Assembly (NCBI GenBank): GCA_016124955.1
Contig: WGMR01000008.1
Location: forward strand, 18,004-82,003
Direction: 5' to 3'
Source of the DNA: Alphaproteobacteria bacterium
GTDB lineage: Bacteria > Pseudomonadota > Alphaproteobacteria > UBA9219 > RFNS01
Length of the DNA stretch: 64,000 nucleotides
In this document: positions 49,918 to 59,510 of the stretch, piece by piece
Position numbering within the stretch: position 1 is the first letter of the stretch
Layout of the letters: each line of letters begins with the position of its first letter
The notes under the pieces: model-generated
Database searches by the model: none
Told to the model about the DNA's origin: nothing
What the model saw: the letters and a program-made list of their open reading frames with translations, nothing else
Translations under genes and position numbers: made by a program

Positions 49918-51756
49918 ATGTTTGACGTAATGCAAGTAGAGCGCGGCCCCCAGGTAAAGCTCGATCGGTCCCGCGATTCCATGATCACCGTTTTTGGCAA
50001 AGCCACCCTTGAAGATCGCTATCTTCTGAAGGGGGAAGGCTTCCAGGATCTTTTTGCCCGCGTTTCAATGGCTTACGCGGATGACAGCGCCCACGCCCAG
50101 CGTATGTATGACTATATAAGCAAGCTCTGGTTCATGCCCGCGACCCCGGTTCTGTCGAACGGCGGCACGGATCGCGGTCTGCCCATTTCCTGCTTCCTCA
50201 ATGAAGCGTCCGACAGCCTCGAAGGCATCGTCGGCCTGTGGAACGAAAATGTATGGCTGGCTTCGCGCGGCGGCGGCATCGGTTCCTACTGGGGCAACCT
50301 GCGCTCGATCGGCGAAAAGGTGCGCGACAACGGCAAGACATCCGGCATCATTCCCTTCATCCGCGTGATGGACAGCCTGACGCTGGCGATCAGCCAGGGC
50401 AGCTTGCGCCGTGGTTCGGCCGCGACCTATCTGCCGGTCAGTCATCCGGAGATCGAGGAATTCGTCGAAATGCGCCGCCCCACCGGCGGCGATCCGAACC
50501 GCAAGGCGCTCAACCTGCATCACGGCATCGTGGTTTCCGATGCTTTCATGCGCGCGGTGGAACGCGACGAAGAATGGGCGCTCACCAGCCCGAAGGACGG
50601 CACGATCGTGCGCCGCATCAGCGCCCGCGCGCTCTGGATCCGCATCCTCACCGCCCGCGTCGAAACCGGCGAACCCTATCTGCTGTTCATCGATACCGTA
50701 AACCGCGCGATCCCCGAACATCACAAGCTCGCGGGCCTGCAGGTCAAGATGTCCAACCTGTGCAGCGAAATCACGCTGCCCACCGGCATCGACAAATACG
50801 GCAAGGAACGCACGGCGGTCTGCTGCCTGTCTTCGCTCAATCTCGAATATTTTACGGAATGGGAAAACCATCCGACCTTCATCGAAGATTGCCTGCGCTT
50901 CCTCGATAACGTGCTGACCGATTTCATCGCCAAGGCGCCCGACAGCATGTCGCGCGCCGCCTATGCGGCGGAACGGGAACGCTCGGTCGGTCTCGGCGTC
51001 ATGGGCATGCATTCCTTCTTCCAAAGCCAGAACGTGCCGATCGAAAGCGTGATGGCGAAGGTGTGGAACAAGCGCATGTTCCAGCATATCAAAAAACAAT
51101 CCGATGCCGCCTCGGTCAAGCTGGCGGAAGAACGCGGTCCGTGCCCCGATGCCGCCGATTACGGCATCATGGAGCGTTTTTCGAACAAGATCGCGATCGC
51201 GCCCACGGCGTCCATATCCATTATCTGCGGCGGCGCCAGCCCGGGCATCGAACCGAACGCGGCCAATTCCTTCACGCACAAAACCCTTTCGGGCAGCTTC
51301 GGCGTGCGCAACAAGTACCTCGCGCAAACGCTGGAACGCTATGGCCGCAACGACGATGATACATGGTCATCGATCACGACCAACGAAGGTTCGGTCCGCC
51401 ATCTCGATTTCCTGACCGACCACGAACGCGATGTGTTCAAGACGGCGTTCGAGCTTGACCAGCGCTGGCTGATCGAACTGGCGGCAGATCGCGCGCCATA
51501 TGTTTGTCAGGCCCAAAGCCTCAACGTCTTCCTGCCGGCCGATGTGCACAAGCGCGATCTGCACCAGATCCACTTCCAGGCATGGAAGAAGGGCGTGAAA
51601 AGCTTGTACTACTGCCGTTCCAAATCGCTGCAGCGTGCCGAAAAAGCCGCGCCGCAGGTAGCCAGCGTCGCCAACGACGACAAGGCGCGCCGTGCCCAGC
51701 ACGAGCTGGCGGAGGCCGAGCAAAACAAGTACGAAGAATGTCTGGCGTGCCAATAA
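49918..51756 (+). CDS. nrdA: Ribonucleoside-diphosphate reductase alpha subunit (class I, no N-terminal ATP-cone)
   Basis: 612 aa. Active-site NLCSEI motif, the PISCFL cysteine and a C-terminal CLAC redox pair. Confidence 0.85.
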   Translation: MFDVMQVERGPQVKLDRSRDSMITVFGKATLEDRYLLKGEGFQDLFARVSMAYADDSAHAQRMYDYISKLWFMPATPVLSNGGTDRGLPISCFLNEASDSLEGIVGLWNENVWLASRGGGIGSYWGNLRSIGEKVRDNGKTSGIIPFIRVMDSLTLAISQGSLRRGSAATYLPVSHPEIEEFVEMRRPTGGDPNRKALNLHHGIVVSDAFMRAVERDEEWALTSPKDGTIVRRISARALWIRILTARVETGEPYLLFIDTVNRAIPEHHKLAGLQVKMSNLCSEITLPTGIDKYGKERTAVCCLSSLNLEYFTEWENHPTFIEDCLRFLDNVLTDFIAKAPDSMSRAAYAAERERSVGLGVMGMHSFFQSQNVPIESVMAKVWNKRMFQHIKKQSDAASVKLAEERGPCPDAADYGIMERFSNKIAIAPTASISIICGGASPGIEPNAANSFTHKTLSGSFGVRNKYLAQTLERYGRNDDDTWSSITTNEGSVRHLDFLTDHERDVFKTAFELDQRWLIELAADRAPYVCQAQSLNVFLPADVHKRDLHQIHFQAWKKGVKSLYYCRSKSLQRAEKAAPQVASVANDDKARRAQHELAEAEQNKYEECLACQ

Positions 51757-51769
51757 GGAAAAGTTTCTG

Positions 51770-52078
51770 ATGTCGTTACTCCATGCCCGCAAGATCATGC
51801 CCCGCCGCCAGCCCGCAAGGCTGGAGGATTTCGAAGAAAAGCTGATGTTCGGCGATCTGGCCCAGCTTCTGCAGGAAATGGAGCATGACCGCCACGCGCC
51901 TGAAGATCTGGTGCGCGGCCTCGAAAGCCTCAAGCACTTCCGCGATTTCTACCACGCGCAGGGCAAGGCATTGGATAGCGACAGCCGCGCGCGCGTCGCG
52001 ACCTATGATGCCGCGTGGTGCATGGAACTGATCGAAATGGCGGCCCGCGAACGCGGCGTCCGGCATTACCGCGCCTAG
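51770..52078 (+). CDS. Hypothetical protein (102 aa) between nrdA and nrdB
   Basis: An AAGGAAAAG SD precedes the ATG at 51770. Host-like GC. Translation MSLLHARKIMPRRQPARLEDFEEKLMFGDLAQLLQEMEHDRH..., no family recognised. Confidence 0.4.
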   Translation: MSLLHARKIMPRRQPARLEDFEEKLMFGDLAQLLQEMEHDRHAPEDLVRGLESLKHFRDFYHAQGKALDSDSRARVATYDAAWCMELIEMAARERGVRHYRA

Positions 52079-52084
52079 GCGGGC

Positions 52085-52825
52085 GTGGTGGAAGGCTCCG
52101 CATCAAAGCCCGGCGTTTTTGAGCTTCTCGGCCGCAGTTGGGGGGAGATCAAGGCAAGGCCGCAATCAACCGTTATCTTGGCTTTGCTTTTTTCGACCGC
52201 GCTTGTTTTTTCTGATTTCCTGAAGGGAGATGGCAAACCAGAAAATGTGACAATGCCTTTTATCGCCCAAGTTTTCATGAGCCAGGCATGGTTTTATGCT
52301 ATGGGTTTTTCTGGCGATGCTTTGTGGAGGAAAGGTAACAGCAAGGATCAACAAACCTCTATGCACAGTTCGCTAAAATATGGCGGGTATGCGCTGCTGG
52401 CTTTCTTGCTTATCTTTTTTTCAGGGTTTGTCGGTACTGTTCTTGTTGGAAAAGCCGGGAGTATGCTGGTGTCAGTTTTGTTCGCAGTCATTGCAGGCTT
52501 ATTTGTTGTTCCATTTCTGTTTGTTTTTCCGGCCCTTGCTTTTGGCCACCAAGCGTCTTTGCCGTTGGCATGGAGGCAAAGTAAAGGGTGGTATCGCAGA
52601 TTGCTCGGCGGCATTGTCGTTATTACCCTGATACAACTCGTCGTGGGTGTTTTATTGGGTGTTCTGGTTGGCTTGCTTATTCCAGCTTCGTTGGGTTGGT
52701 TGGCTACAGGCATACTCTATACGGCTGTCATGGCGCTTAACCTGTTATCTTATGGCTATCTTGCCCATACTTATCTTGCCGCCACAGGCCTGTCCAAACC
52801 CGATTTTTCTGTTACAGTTTCCTGA
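52085..52825 (+). CDS. Low-GC integral membrane protein of unknown function (multi-TM) inserted between nrdA and nrdB
   Basis: About 45% GC by eye against a 65-70% background. Several hydrophobic helices (FFSGFVGTVLVGKAGSMLVSVLFAVIAGLFVVPFLFVFPALAF; VVITLIQLVVGVLLGVLVGLLI). Start uncertain: GTG at 52085 or the ATG at 52247. Confidence 0.5.
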   Translation: MVEGSASKPGVFELLGRSWGEIKARPQSTVILALLFSTALVFSDFLKGDGKPENVTMPFIAQVFMSQAWFYAMGFSGDALWRKGNSKDQQTSMHSSLKYGGYALLAFLLIFFSGFVGTVLVGKAGSMLVSVLFAVIAGLFVVPFLFVFPALAFGHQASLPLAWRQSKGWYRRLLGGIVVITLIQLVVGVLLGVLVGLLIPASLGWLATGILYTAVMALNLLSYGYLAHTYLAATGLSKPDFSVTVS

Positions 52826-52849
52826 ACCCCGAATCCGAAGAGGTAAGCA

Positions 52850-53812
52850 ATGTCCGGTCTTCTCACTCCGAACCCCGTCTATAAGCCCTTCCGCTATCCG
52901 TGGGCCTATGAAGCATGGTTGAAGCAGCAGCAAATTCACTGGCTGCCGGAAGAAGTGCCGCTGGCGGACGATGTGAAAGATTGGCGCCACAAGCTCAACG
53001 CGGCCGAACGGAATTTGCTTAGCCAGATCTTCCGTTTTTTCACGCAAGCCGATGTGGAAGTGAACAACTGCTACATGAAGCATTACGCGCAGGTGTTCCA
53101 GCCGACCGAAGTCAAGATGATGCTTTCCGCCTTTTCGAACATGGAAACCATCCATATCGCGGCCTATTCGCATCTGCTCGATACCATCGGCATGCCCGAA
53201 GTCGAATATTCGGCCTTCCTCCGCTACAAGGAAATGAAGGACAAATACGATTACATGCAAGCCTTCAATGTCGAAAACCCGGTCGAGATTGCGCGCACGC
53301 TGGCCGTGTTCGGCGCCTTCACCGAAGGATTGCAACTGTTCGCTTCTTTCGCGATGCTGATGAACTTCCCGCGCTTCAACAAGATGAAGGGCATGGGTCA
53401 GATCGTCACGTGGTCGGTGCGCGATGAAAGCCTGCACACCGTTTCCGCCATTCGCCTGTTCCGCGCCTTCATCGATGAAAACAAATACATCTGGACCGAA
53501 GGTTTCCAGCGCGAACTGTACCTCGCCTGCGATACGATCGTGGACCACGAAGATGCCTTCATCGACCTGGCGTTCGAGCTGGGCGGCGTCGAAGGGCTGA
53601 CGGGCGACGACGTTAAGGCCTATATCCGCTACATCGCCGACAGGCGTTTGGGCCAACTCGGGCTGCAGCCGATCTATCGCGTGGCCAAGAACCCGCTGCC
53701 GTGGATGGATGAAATGCTGAACGGGGCGGAGCACGCGAACTTCTTCGAAGCCCGCGCCACCGAATATTCCCGCGCCGCTACGCAAGGCAGCTGGGAAGAG
53801 GCGTTCGAATAA
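52850..53812 (+). CDS. nrdB: Ribonucleoside-diphosphate reductase beta subunit (R2, ferritin-like)
   Basis: 320 aa. An E-x-x-H-x-x-x-Y motif (METIHIAAYSH) shows the radical tyrosine is present. A second E..H motif (RDESLHT) is also present. Confidence 0.9.
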   Translation: MSGLLTPNPVYKPFRYPWAYEAWLKQQQIHWLPEEVPLADDVKDWRHKLNAAERNLLSQIFRFFTQADVEVNNCYMKHYAQVFQPTEVKMMLSAFSNMETIHIAAYSHLLDTIGMPEVEYSAFLRYKEMKDKYDYMQAFNVENPVEIARTLAVFGAFTEGLQLFASFAMLMNFPRFNKMKGMGQIVTWSVRDESLHTVSAIRLFRAFIDENKYIWTEGFQRELYLACDTIVDHEDAFIDLAFELGGVEGLTGDDVKAYIRYIADRRLGQLGLQPIYRVAKNPLPWMDEMLNGAEHANFFEARATEYSRAATQGSWEEAFE

Positions 53813-54109
53813 GACATCCGAAGCCCCGCAAGTCGCCGGTCGGCGTTACTGCGGGTCGGTCGGGCTGGTTCCGCGGTTTTTAGCTACTTTGCTTTCGATG
53901 CTGCGCTGAGCGTCCGCTCTTTCTTGCGGGCTCAAGCCAATCGTTTCGCCTATGCGCCTGAAAAGCTCTATAAGCCAATGTGTTTCGTCGCTATCGCCGC
54001 GTTGCGCTTTCATATCCATGCTCCCCATATATATTCCGTTGAATGGGGGGCTGGATATCACAAGGCTATGCCATTTTCAAACGCTTGTTATGGTTAAGGC
54101 GTAAAACGC

Positions 54110-55243
54110 TTATTCCACCGCGACCAGCTTGCCGAACACGCCGTCCGCTTCGTCGGCCGGGCCGGCGGTGAAGTAAAGGTGGTTCTTTTCACCCAAATGC
54201 ACGCCGTTGCCGAACAGCATGGCCCATAACCCATCGATCATGATCGGCTTGCCATCCGGGCGGCGCAGGTAATCGATCTGCTTGCCGCTGTCCGGGTCGA
54301 ACGCGACGATGGTGCCGTCGCCGAAATTTCCGACCAGCAAATGCCCGCTATGCTTACCGAAGCCGTCCGGTGCGGCGGCGATGCCCCAGGGCGCATCGAG
54401 CTTGCCCGCGCCTTCAAGTGCGCGAATGAACTTCCCGTTGTAATCGAACGCGGCCACATAGCCTTTGCCTGCGCCCTTGGTTTCCTCGCCCGGCTCCTTC
54501 GAAAGCTCGGCATACACAATGTAAAGCGTGCCGTTCAGCGCCTGAATGTTAAAAGGCGCATAATTGGCGGGGATGGTCCCGGCGGGTACGGCAAAGGCTT
54601 CCTTGCCAAGCGTCATGGGCTTGAAAGCGCTATCGAACACATCGATGCGCTTGTTGCCGAAATCCGCGAGGTAAAGCCGGTTGTGGTCGAGCCCTTCGGA
54701 AATCGCCATGCCCTTGTATATCGCGCCCTTCTTGCTGTTATCGACCATGGTGATGGAGTTGACGGGGCGGATGAAGCTGCCGTCTTCCTTCTTGTTTTCG
54801 GTCCAGCCGACGATGGAGCCTTCCTCGGTGGCGAAGATAAACTTGCTCGGCCCCGTGATGCCGTCATGCGTCACGATAAATTCGTCGTCGCGGCCATTGA
54901 ACACGTCGCCCGTGGGGTGCGAAGGTTCGGTCTGCCCTGCGGGTGCGGCGATGTTGATGAAGGGCGTTTTATCCTGATGCAGCGCGACGCCGTTCACGTC
55001 GCCGATATACATGCTGTTGGTGCCGCTATCGGTGTTGTTGATCCAGAAATGGCCGCCAGCGCCGGCGGGGCGGATAGCAAGGCCCCACGCGTTGAGCATG
55101 CGCTCGTCGATCAATTGCGGTTCATAGATCTGCTTGTTCGCGACAAGGTTGATCAGCTTATAGCCTGCGGCCTGCGAAGGCGCGGCGGAAATGGCAAGGG
55201 CGACGCCGGCAAGAATAAGGGGGCGGATAATCATGAGTATCAC
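54110..55243 (-). CDS. Secreted beta-propeller protein (TIGR03118-like conserved hypothetical)
   Basis: 377 aa. Signal peptide plus repeated Gly/Asp-rich blades (FGNKRIDVFD, GNFGDGTIVAFD). Confidence 0.5.
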   Translation of the reverse strand: MILMIIRPLILAGVALAISAAPSQAAGYKLINLVANKQIYEPQLIDERMLNAWGLAIRPAGAGGHFWINNTDSGTNSMYIGDVNGVALHQDKTPFINIAAPAGQTEPSHPTGDVFNGRDDEFIVTHDGITGPSKFIFATEEGSIVGWTENKKEDGSFIRPVNSITMVDNSKKGAIYKGMAISEGLDHNRLYLADFGNKRIDVFDSAFKPMTLGKEAFAVPAGTIPANYAPFNIQALNGTLYIVYAELSKEPGEETKGAGKGYVAAFDYNGKFIRALEGAGKLDAPWGIAAAPDGFGKHSGHLLVGNFGDGTIVAFDPDSGKQIDYLRRPDGKPIMIDGLWAMLFGNGVHLGEKNHLYFTAGPADEADGVFGKLVAVE

Positions 55244-55335
55244 CTGTGTGGGCTGGAGGGGCTAAGCGAGTGCCCCCTCATAGCCTAGATGATAATAGGT
55301 ATCAATAGCAATTTTAAACTATTGTTATAAATAGA

Positions 55336-56595
55336 CTAACTGGCCCATCTTGTTAGAACCTGCGCCGCTTTCAGGCCGCTGCGGATCGAGCCTTCGATGG
55401 TGGAAGGCAGGCTGGTATCGGTCCAGTCGCCGGCGAGCACGAGGTTTTTCCACTGTGTCCATGCGCGCGGGCGGCGCTTCACCTGTTCGGGCGTGGCGGC
55501 GAAGGTCGCGCGTTTTTCTTTCACGATCCGGTGCGGCGGGATTGTATCGGGGTCGAGCCCGTAAAGCTTCGCCACATCAGCCCAGATCATTGCGGCGCAG
55601 GTGGAAGCGGGCAGATCGACATAACGTTCGGCCGCACTCACGGTCACCGAAACCACGCCCGGCTTGGCGAAAATCCATTCCGCTACGCCGCCGATGATGC
55701 CGCAAAACCCGGCCTGCGTGCGCGGCACATCGATGCGGTAATGCGCGTTGACGATCGCGCGGAAATCGTTCGGCACCGTAAGCGCGGGCACCAGTTCGCC
55801 CGTTACCCATGCCGGTGTCGCCAGCACGACCCAATCCTTCGGGCCCATCTTCAGCGTCGCGCCGCCGAAATTCAGCCCGTTCACGCGTTCGGCATCCATC
55901 TCGACCGCGCGCAGCCGCTGCCCCAGATGCACGGAAACCTTCATCGCCTGCAGCTTTTTCAAACACGGATCGACGAATGTTTCGGAAAGCCCGATTTTGG
56001 GAATGCGCGGCATGCAAGCCTTGCCGCCCGCGCCGAAGGTTTGCGCGAACACGTTGGTCATCAGCTTCGCGGCGGCGTTGGCGGGTTCCGTGTTCAGCAC
56101 CGCGACCGTCAATGGCTCCCAGAAACGTTTATACAGCGTGCCATAGCCGCCCAGCAGCCCTTCGATCGTGTCGTCGTCGCGCGCGGTGAACAGCTTGACG
56201 ATCGAGGCGTAGTCGGCCGTTCTGGTTTCCGGCACGCGATGGCGGGGGGAGAAAATCCACCACGGCACCATGCCCTTGTTCATGCGCACGACCCATCGCC
56301 CGCCATGCGCGACGTCGGCGAACGGGAAAACCGGCTCGTCCGGTCCCGCCAGCGTATCTTCGGCGCCGGTGAAAAACAGATAATCCATCATCACCATGTT
56401 GCCGGAAAGCACGAGATGGTTGCCGTTATCGATCCGGCAACCGAGCTCGCGATCGAAATAGGAACGGCAGCGCCCGCCCGCCAACAGGCTGGCTTCATAA
56501 AGCGAAACCCTGAAGCCGCTCATGGCCAGGTGCAGTGCGGTAGAGAGCCCGGCCAGACCGGCGCCAACGACGTGAATATGATGTTCTTTATGCAT
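55336..56595 (-). CDS. hpnE: Hydroxysqualene dehydroxylase (FAD amine-oxidase family)
   Basis: 419 aa. N-terminal FAD motif VVGAGLAGLSTAL. Positioned after hpnC-hpnD. Confidence 0.85.
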   Translation of the reverse strand: MHKEHHIHVVGAGLAGLSTALHLAMSGFRVSLYEASLLAGGRCRSYFDRELGCRIDNGNHLVLSGNMVMMDYLFFTGAEDTLAGPDEPVFPFADVAHGGRWVVRMNKGMVPWWIFSPRHRVPETRTADYASIVKLFTARDDDTIEGLLGGYGTLYKRFWEPLTVAVLNTEPANAAAKLMTNVFAQTFGAGGKACMPRIPKIGLSETFVDPCLKKLQAMKVSVHLGQRLRAVEMDAERVNGLNFGGATLKMGPKDWVVLATPAWVTGELVPALTVPNDFRAIVNAHYRIDVPRTQAGFCGIIGGVAEWIFAKPGVVSVTVSAAERYVDLPASTCAAMIWADVAKLYGLDPDTIPPHRIVKEKRATFAATPEQVKRRPRAWTQWKNLVLAGDWTDTSLPSTIEGSIRSGLKAAQVLTRWAS

Positions 56596-56610
56596 GCGGG
56601 CGTTTTTAAA

Positions 56611-57471
56611 CTATAGGCTCGAAAGCGCCAGCCAAATTTTCCGCCACAGCGGCAATTCCACGCGTTTGCGGGTTTCCTGCCAATCCTGTTCGATCAGGCG
56701 GTCAAGGATGGCACGGTAATAGGCGCCCATGATGCGCGCGGGGCGCATGGCGCGCCGGTCGCATTGCCGCATGGCGTCGCGCGCCTCGCGGAAATGACCG
56801 AGTGCGACTTCGGCAAGGTCGCGGCACACGCGCGGCAAATCCACATGCGCCAGCACCATGCGCGGGGTCGCATCGGCCATGCCGTGTTTATACAAAAGTT
56901 CGTGCGGCAAATACAGCCTGCCGCGCCGCGCATCTTCGTTCAGATCGCGCAAAATGTTGGTAAGCTGCAGCGCGCGCCCCAAATGGTGCGCAACCCGCAT
57001 CGCCTGTGCGCTGCTGTCGCCGAAAATCCGGACCGAAGCGCGCCCGACCGCGCTCGCAACCCGGTCGCAATAGGTATCGAGCTTGGCCATGCTCGGTTTG
57101 CAGATGGGTGCGCCCGCATCCATCTCCATGCCGTCGATGATCGCCTGAAAATCCTCCTCCGCCAGCCCGTAGGCGGCGACGGCGGGTTGCAGCGCCTGCG
57201 TGATCGCGTCTTCGGCCGTGTTTTCCCGGAACAGGCGCGCGATGCGCGTGCGCCAGAGCGCGAGCCCGGCGCGGCGCGCCTGCTCGTTCGGGCCGTCGTC
57301 CGCGATATCGTCCACCTCGCGGCAAAATCCATACAAGGCATACATGGCGTCGCGCCGCGCGCGGGGCAGCGCCATCATGCCGGCGGTAAAGGATGAGCGC
57401 GATGCGCGCACGCGCGCCCGCATCGCCGCTGCGGGGTTGTTTATGTTTATTGCCGCCGCCGTCATAGCCAT
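56611..57471 (-). CDS. hpnD: Presqualene diphosphate synthase
   Basis: 286 aa. Squalene/phytoene-synthase fold with Asp-rich motifs (FCREVDDIADD). Confidence 0.85.
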   Translation of the reverse strand: MAMTAAAININNPAAAMRARVRASRSSFTAGMMALPRARRDAMYALYGFCREVDDIADDGPNEQARRAGLALWRTRIARLFRENTAEDAITQALQPAVAAYGLAEEDFQAIIDGMEMDAGAPICKPSMAKLDTYCDRVASAVGRASVRIFGDSSAQAMRVAHHLGRALQLTNILRDLNEDARRGRLYLPHELLYKHGMADATPRMVLAHVDLPRVCRDLAEVALGHFREARDAMRQCDRRAMRPARIMGAYYRAILDRLIEQDWQETRKRVELPLWRKIWLALSSL

Positions 57472-58340
57472 GCCGTCAGCAAACCGCGCAGCGCCGCCAA
57501 GGCGGCGGCGGGCTTGCCCAGCTTTACGTTATCCGCCAGCGGGTCGCGGCGCGCCAGAAGCTTCACAAGATCGTCCGCCAGCACGCAGATGATCGAAGTT
57601 TCGATCCGCAACCGCATGTCGCCGGCCTGGCGCGGCAGCATGCGCGCCTGTTTCAGCATCGGGCCGAGCAGGCCGAGCATATCGTCGAACGTGGCGCGCA
57701 GCGCAGCGCTCGATTGTTCGGCGGCAATATCGCCGATTGCCGCCCCGCGGGCCGCCAGCATATCCTGCGGAATATAAACGCGGTCGAGCGCGGCGTAATC
57801 CTTGGTGCAATCCTGCATGTGGTTGATGATCTGCAGCGTGCTGCAAAGCGCGTCGTTGGCGGGCCATGCTTCTTCGCCGGTGCCGTGCAGCGCCAGCACA
57901 AAGCGCCCGACCGGTGCGGCGGAATAGCGGCAATAATCGACCAGATCGTCCCAATCCTTGTAGCGCAACTTGATGGCGTCGCGGCGGAAGGCGGTCAGGA
58001 GATCGAGGCAATGCTGCGGTGTGATGCCGGTTTCGCGCAGACTTTCGCGCATGTGCACGGCCGAAGGCACATCGTCGCCCGCATCCGCCTTGTCGCACAG
58101 CACGGCGGCGAAGCGATCAAGGCGCGAAATTTTTTCCTTGGCTTCCAGCATCGGGTTATCCGCCACATCGTCCGATGCGCGGGCGAAGCCGTAAAAGGCG
58201 TGCACGTGGCGGCGGGCATCGGGGCGGATCAGCCAGGATCCGACAGGAAAGTTTTCATCGCCCGCGCCCTTGCCGCTCGGCGTTTCGGTCGCGCGCGGCG
58301 CGTCCGGCGCATGCGCCGTCATGTCTCTTGCCGGTTCCAT
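57462..58340 (-). CDS. hpnC: Hydroxysqualene synthase
   Basis: 292 aa. Squalene/phytoene-synthase fold (YGFARASDDVADN). Confidence 0.85.
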   Translation of the reverse strand: MEPARDMTAHAPDAPRATETPSGKGAGDENFPVGSWLIRPDARRHVHAFYGFARASDDVADNPMLEAKEKISRLDRFAAVLCDKADAGDDVPSAVHMRESLRETGITPQHCLDLLTAFRRDAIKLRYKDWDDLVDYCRYSAAPVGRFVLALHGTGEEAWPANDALCSTLQIINHMQDCTKDYAALDRVYIPQDMLAARGAAIGDIAAEQSSAALRATFDDMLGLLGPMLKQARMLPRQAGDMRLRIETSIICVLADDLVKLLARRDPLADNVKLGKPAAALAALRGLLTAWL

Positions 58341-59483
58341 TTACCGGCGCGCCTCGGTGCGGCCCTTCCATTCGCCGCCCGCACCCGCCCATGTCAGGCG
58401 AGCGGAATCGCACGTCGCGCCGATATAAACTGCGCCCGCCGCGGGCAGCGCCAGCGTCCAGGCAGGCGGCAACCCGTAAAGCCGGATCATCGGCAGATAG
58501 GTGAAGGCCATCGCCGCGATGGCCAGCAACGCGAACAGCTTGCCCCAAAGCCCTGCGAACAAAATCGCCGCCAGCGGCGCGATGAACAAAATCGCCATCC
58601 CGAGCACGCAAGCGAGCAAAAGAAAGACCGAATGTTTAAGCTGTGTGAAGGCGGTGCGCGCGATCATTTGCCAGATCGGGCCGGTTTCGCCGTATGCGCG
58701 TACGCTTTCCGTATCGTTGCTCAGCGCCAGCAATGTGCGTGCATACGCGCCGGGCAGGCTTTTGTGCTTGATCAGTTTCGCCAGTTCACAATCGTCGATC
58801 AGCGCGCGGCGGATCGCGATCAAGCCTTCGACCTTGTCAAGCGCGCTCTTGCGCACCAGCATCACGCCGCCCGCCGCCGCGGCGATCGCGCTATCGTGGT
58901 CGTTCGCGAGCCGGAAGGGATACAGCATCTGGAAAAAATATACGAAAGCGGGGATCAGGATTTTTTCCGCCCGGCTGGCGCAATGCAGCTTGACCATCAG
59001 CGAAACAAGATCGGCGCTTTGCGTTTCCGCCTGCGTCACAAGGCGGCGGATATTATGTGCTGGGTGCCTGATATCGGCATCGGTGAACAACACAAAATCG
59101 CTGTCGGCGTGTTCCTGCCCTGCCTGCATGGCGCTGACCTTGCCGGTCCAGCCATCCTTGGGTTCGGATGCCGCAATAACTTCAAGCCGCTTCGCGAGCC
59201 CGAGTTCGTTCGCGATCTTGCGCGCCACGTCCGCCGTGCCGTCGCTGCTGTGGTCGTCAAGCAAAAGCACGCGCCATGTGCCGGGGTAATCCTGCTGCAA
59301 AAGGGAAGGCAGCGTCTTGGGCAGTTCCTGTGCCTCGTCGCGCGCGGGCACGATCACGGTGACGGAAGGCCAGTAACCGCGCGGCGCGGTTTCCGGCAGG
59401 AAGAAGGGCTGCCAGAACCGGCGTCCGTGGAGAAATGTAAGGTATAGCCAGCCGATCAGGCTCAGGAGTGCGAGGGATGTCAT
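58341..59483 (-). CDS. hpnB: Hopanoid-associated family-2 glycosyltransferase
   Basis: 380 aa. GT2 motifs (VIVPARDE, LLDDHSSDGT, DAD) plus a C-terminal membrane domain. Confidence 0.8.
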   Translation of the reverse strand: MTSLALLSLIGWLYLTFLHGRRFWQPFFLPETAPRGYWPSVTVIVPARDEAQELPKTLPSLLQQDYPGTWRVLLLDDHSSDGTADVARKIANELGLAKRLEVIAASEPKDGWTGKVSAMQAGQEHADSDFVLFTDADIRHPAHNIRRLVTQAETQSADLVSLMVKLHCASRAEKILIPAFVYFFQMLYPFRLANDHDSAIAAAAGGVMLVRKSALDKVEGLIAIRRALIDDCELAKLIKHKSLPGAYARTLLALSNDTESVRAYGETGPIWQMIARTAFTQLKHSVFLLLACVLGMAILFIAPLAAILFAGLWGKLFALLAIAAMAFTYLPMIRLYGLPPAWTLALPAAGAVYIGATCDSARLTWAGAGGEWKGRTEARR

Positions 59484-59510
59484 CGGGCGTGCCAGTCGTT
59501 GGTTGCCGGG

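Noticed and set aside
53846-54061. 71-aa ORF on the minus strand in the convergent gap between nrdB and the propeller gene
   Set aside because: No SD or conserved features recognisable; not rejected outright, but too weak to list as a feature.
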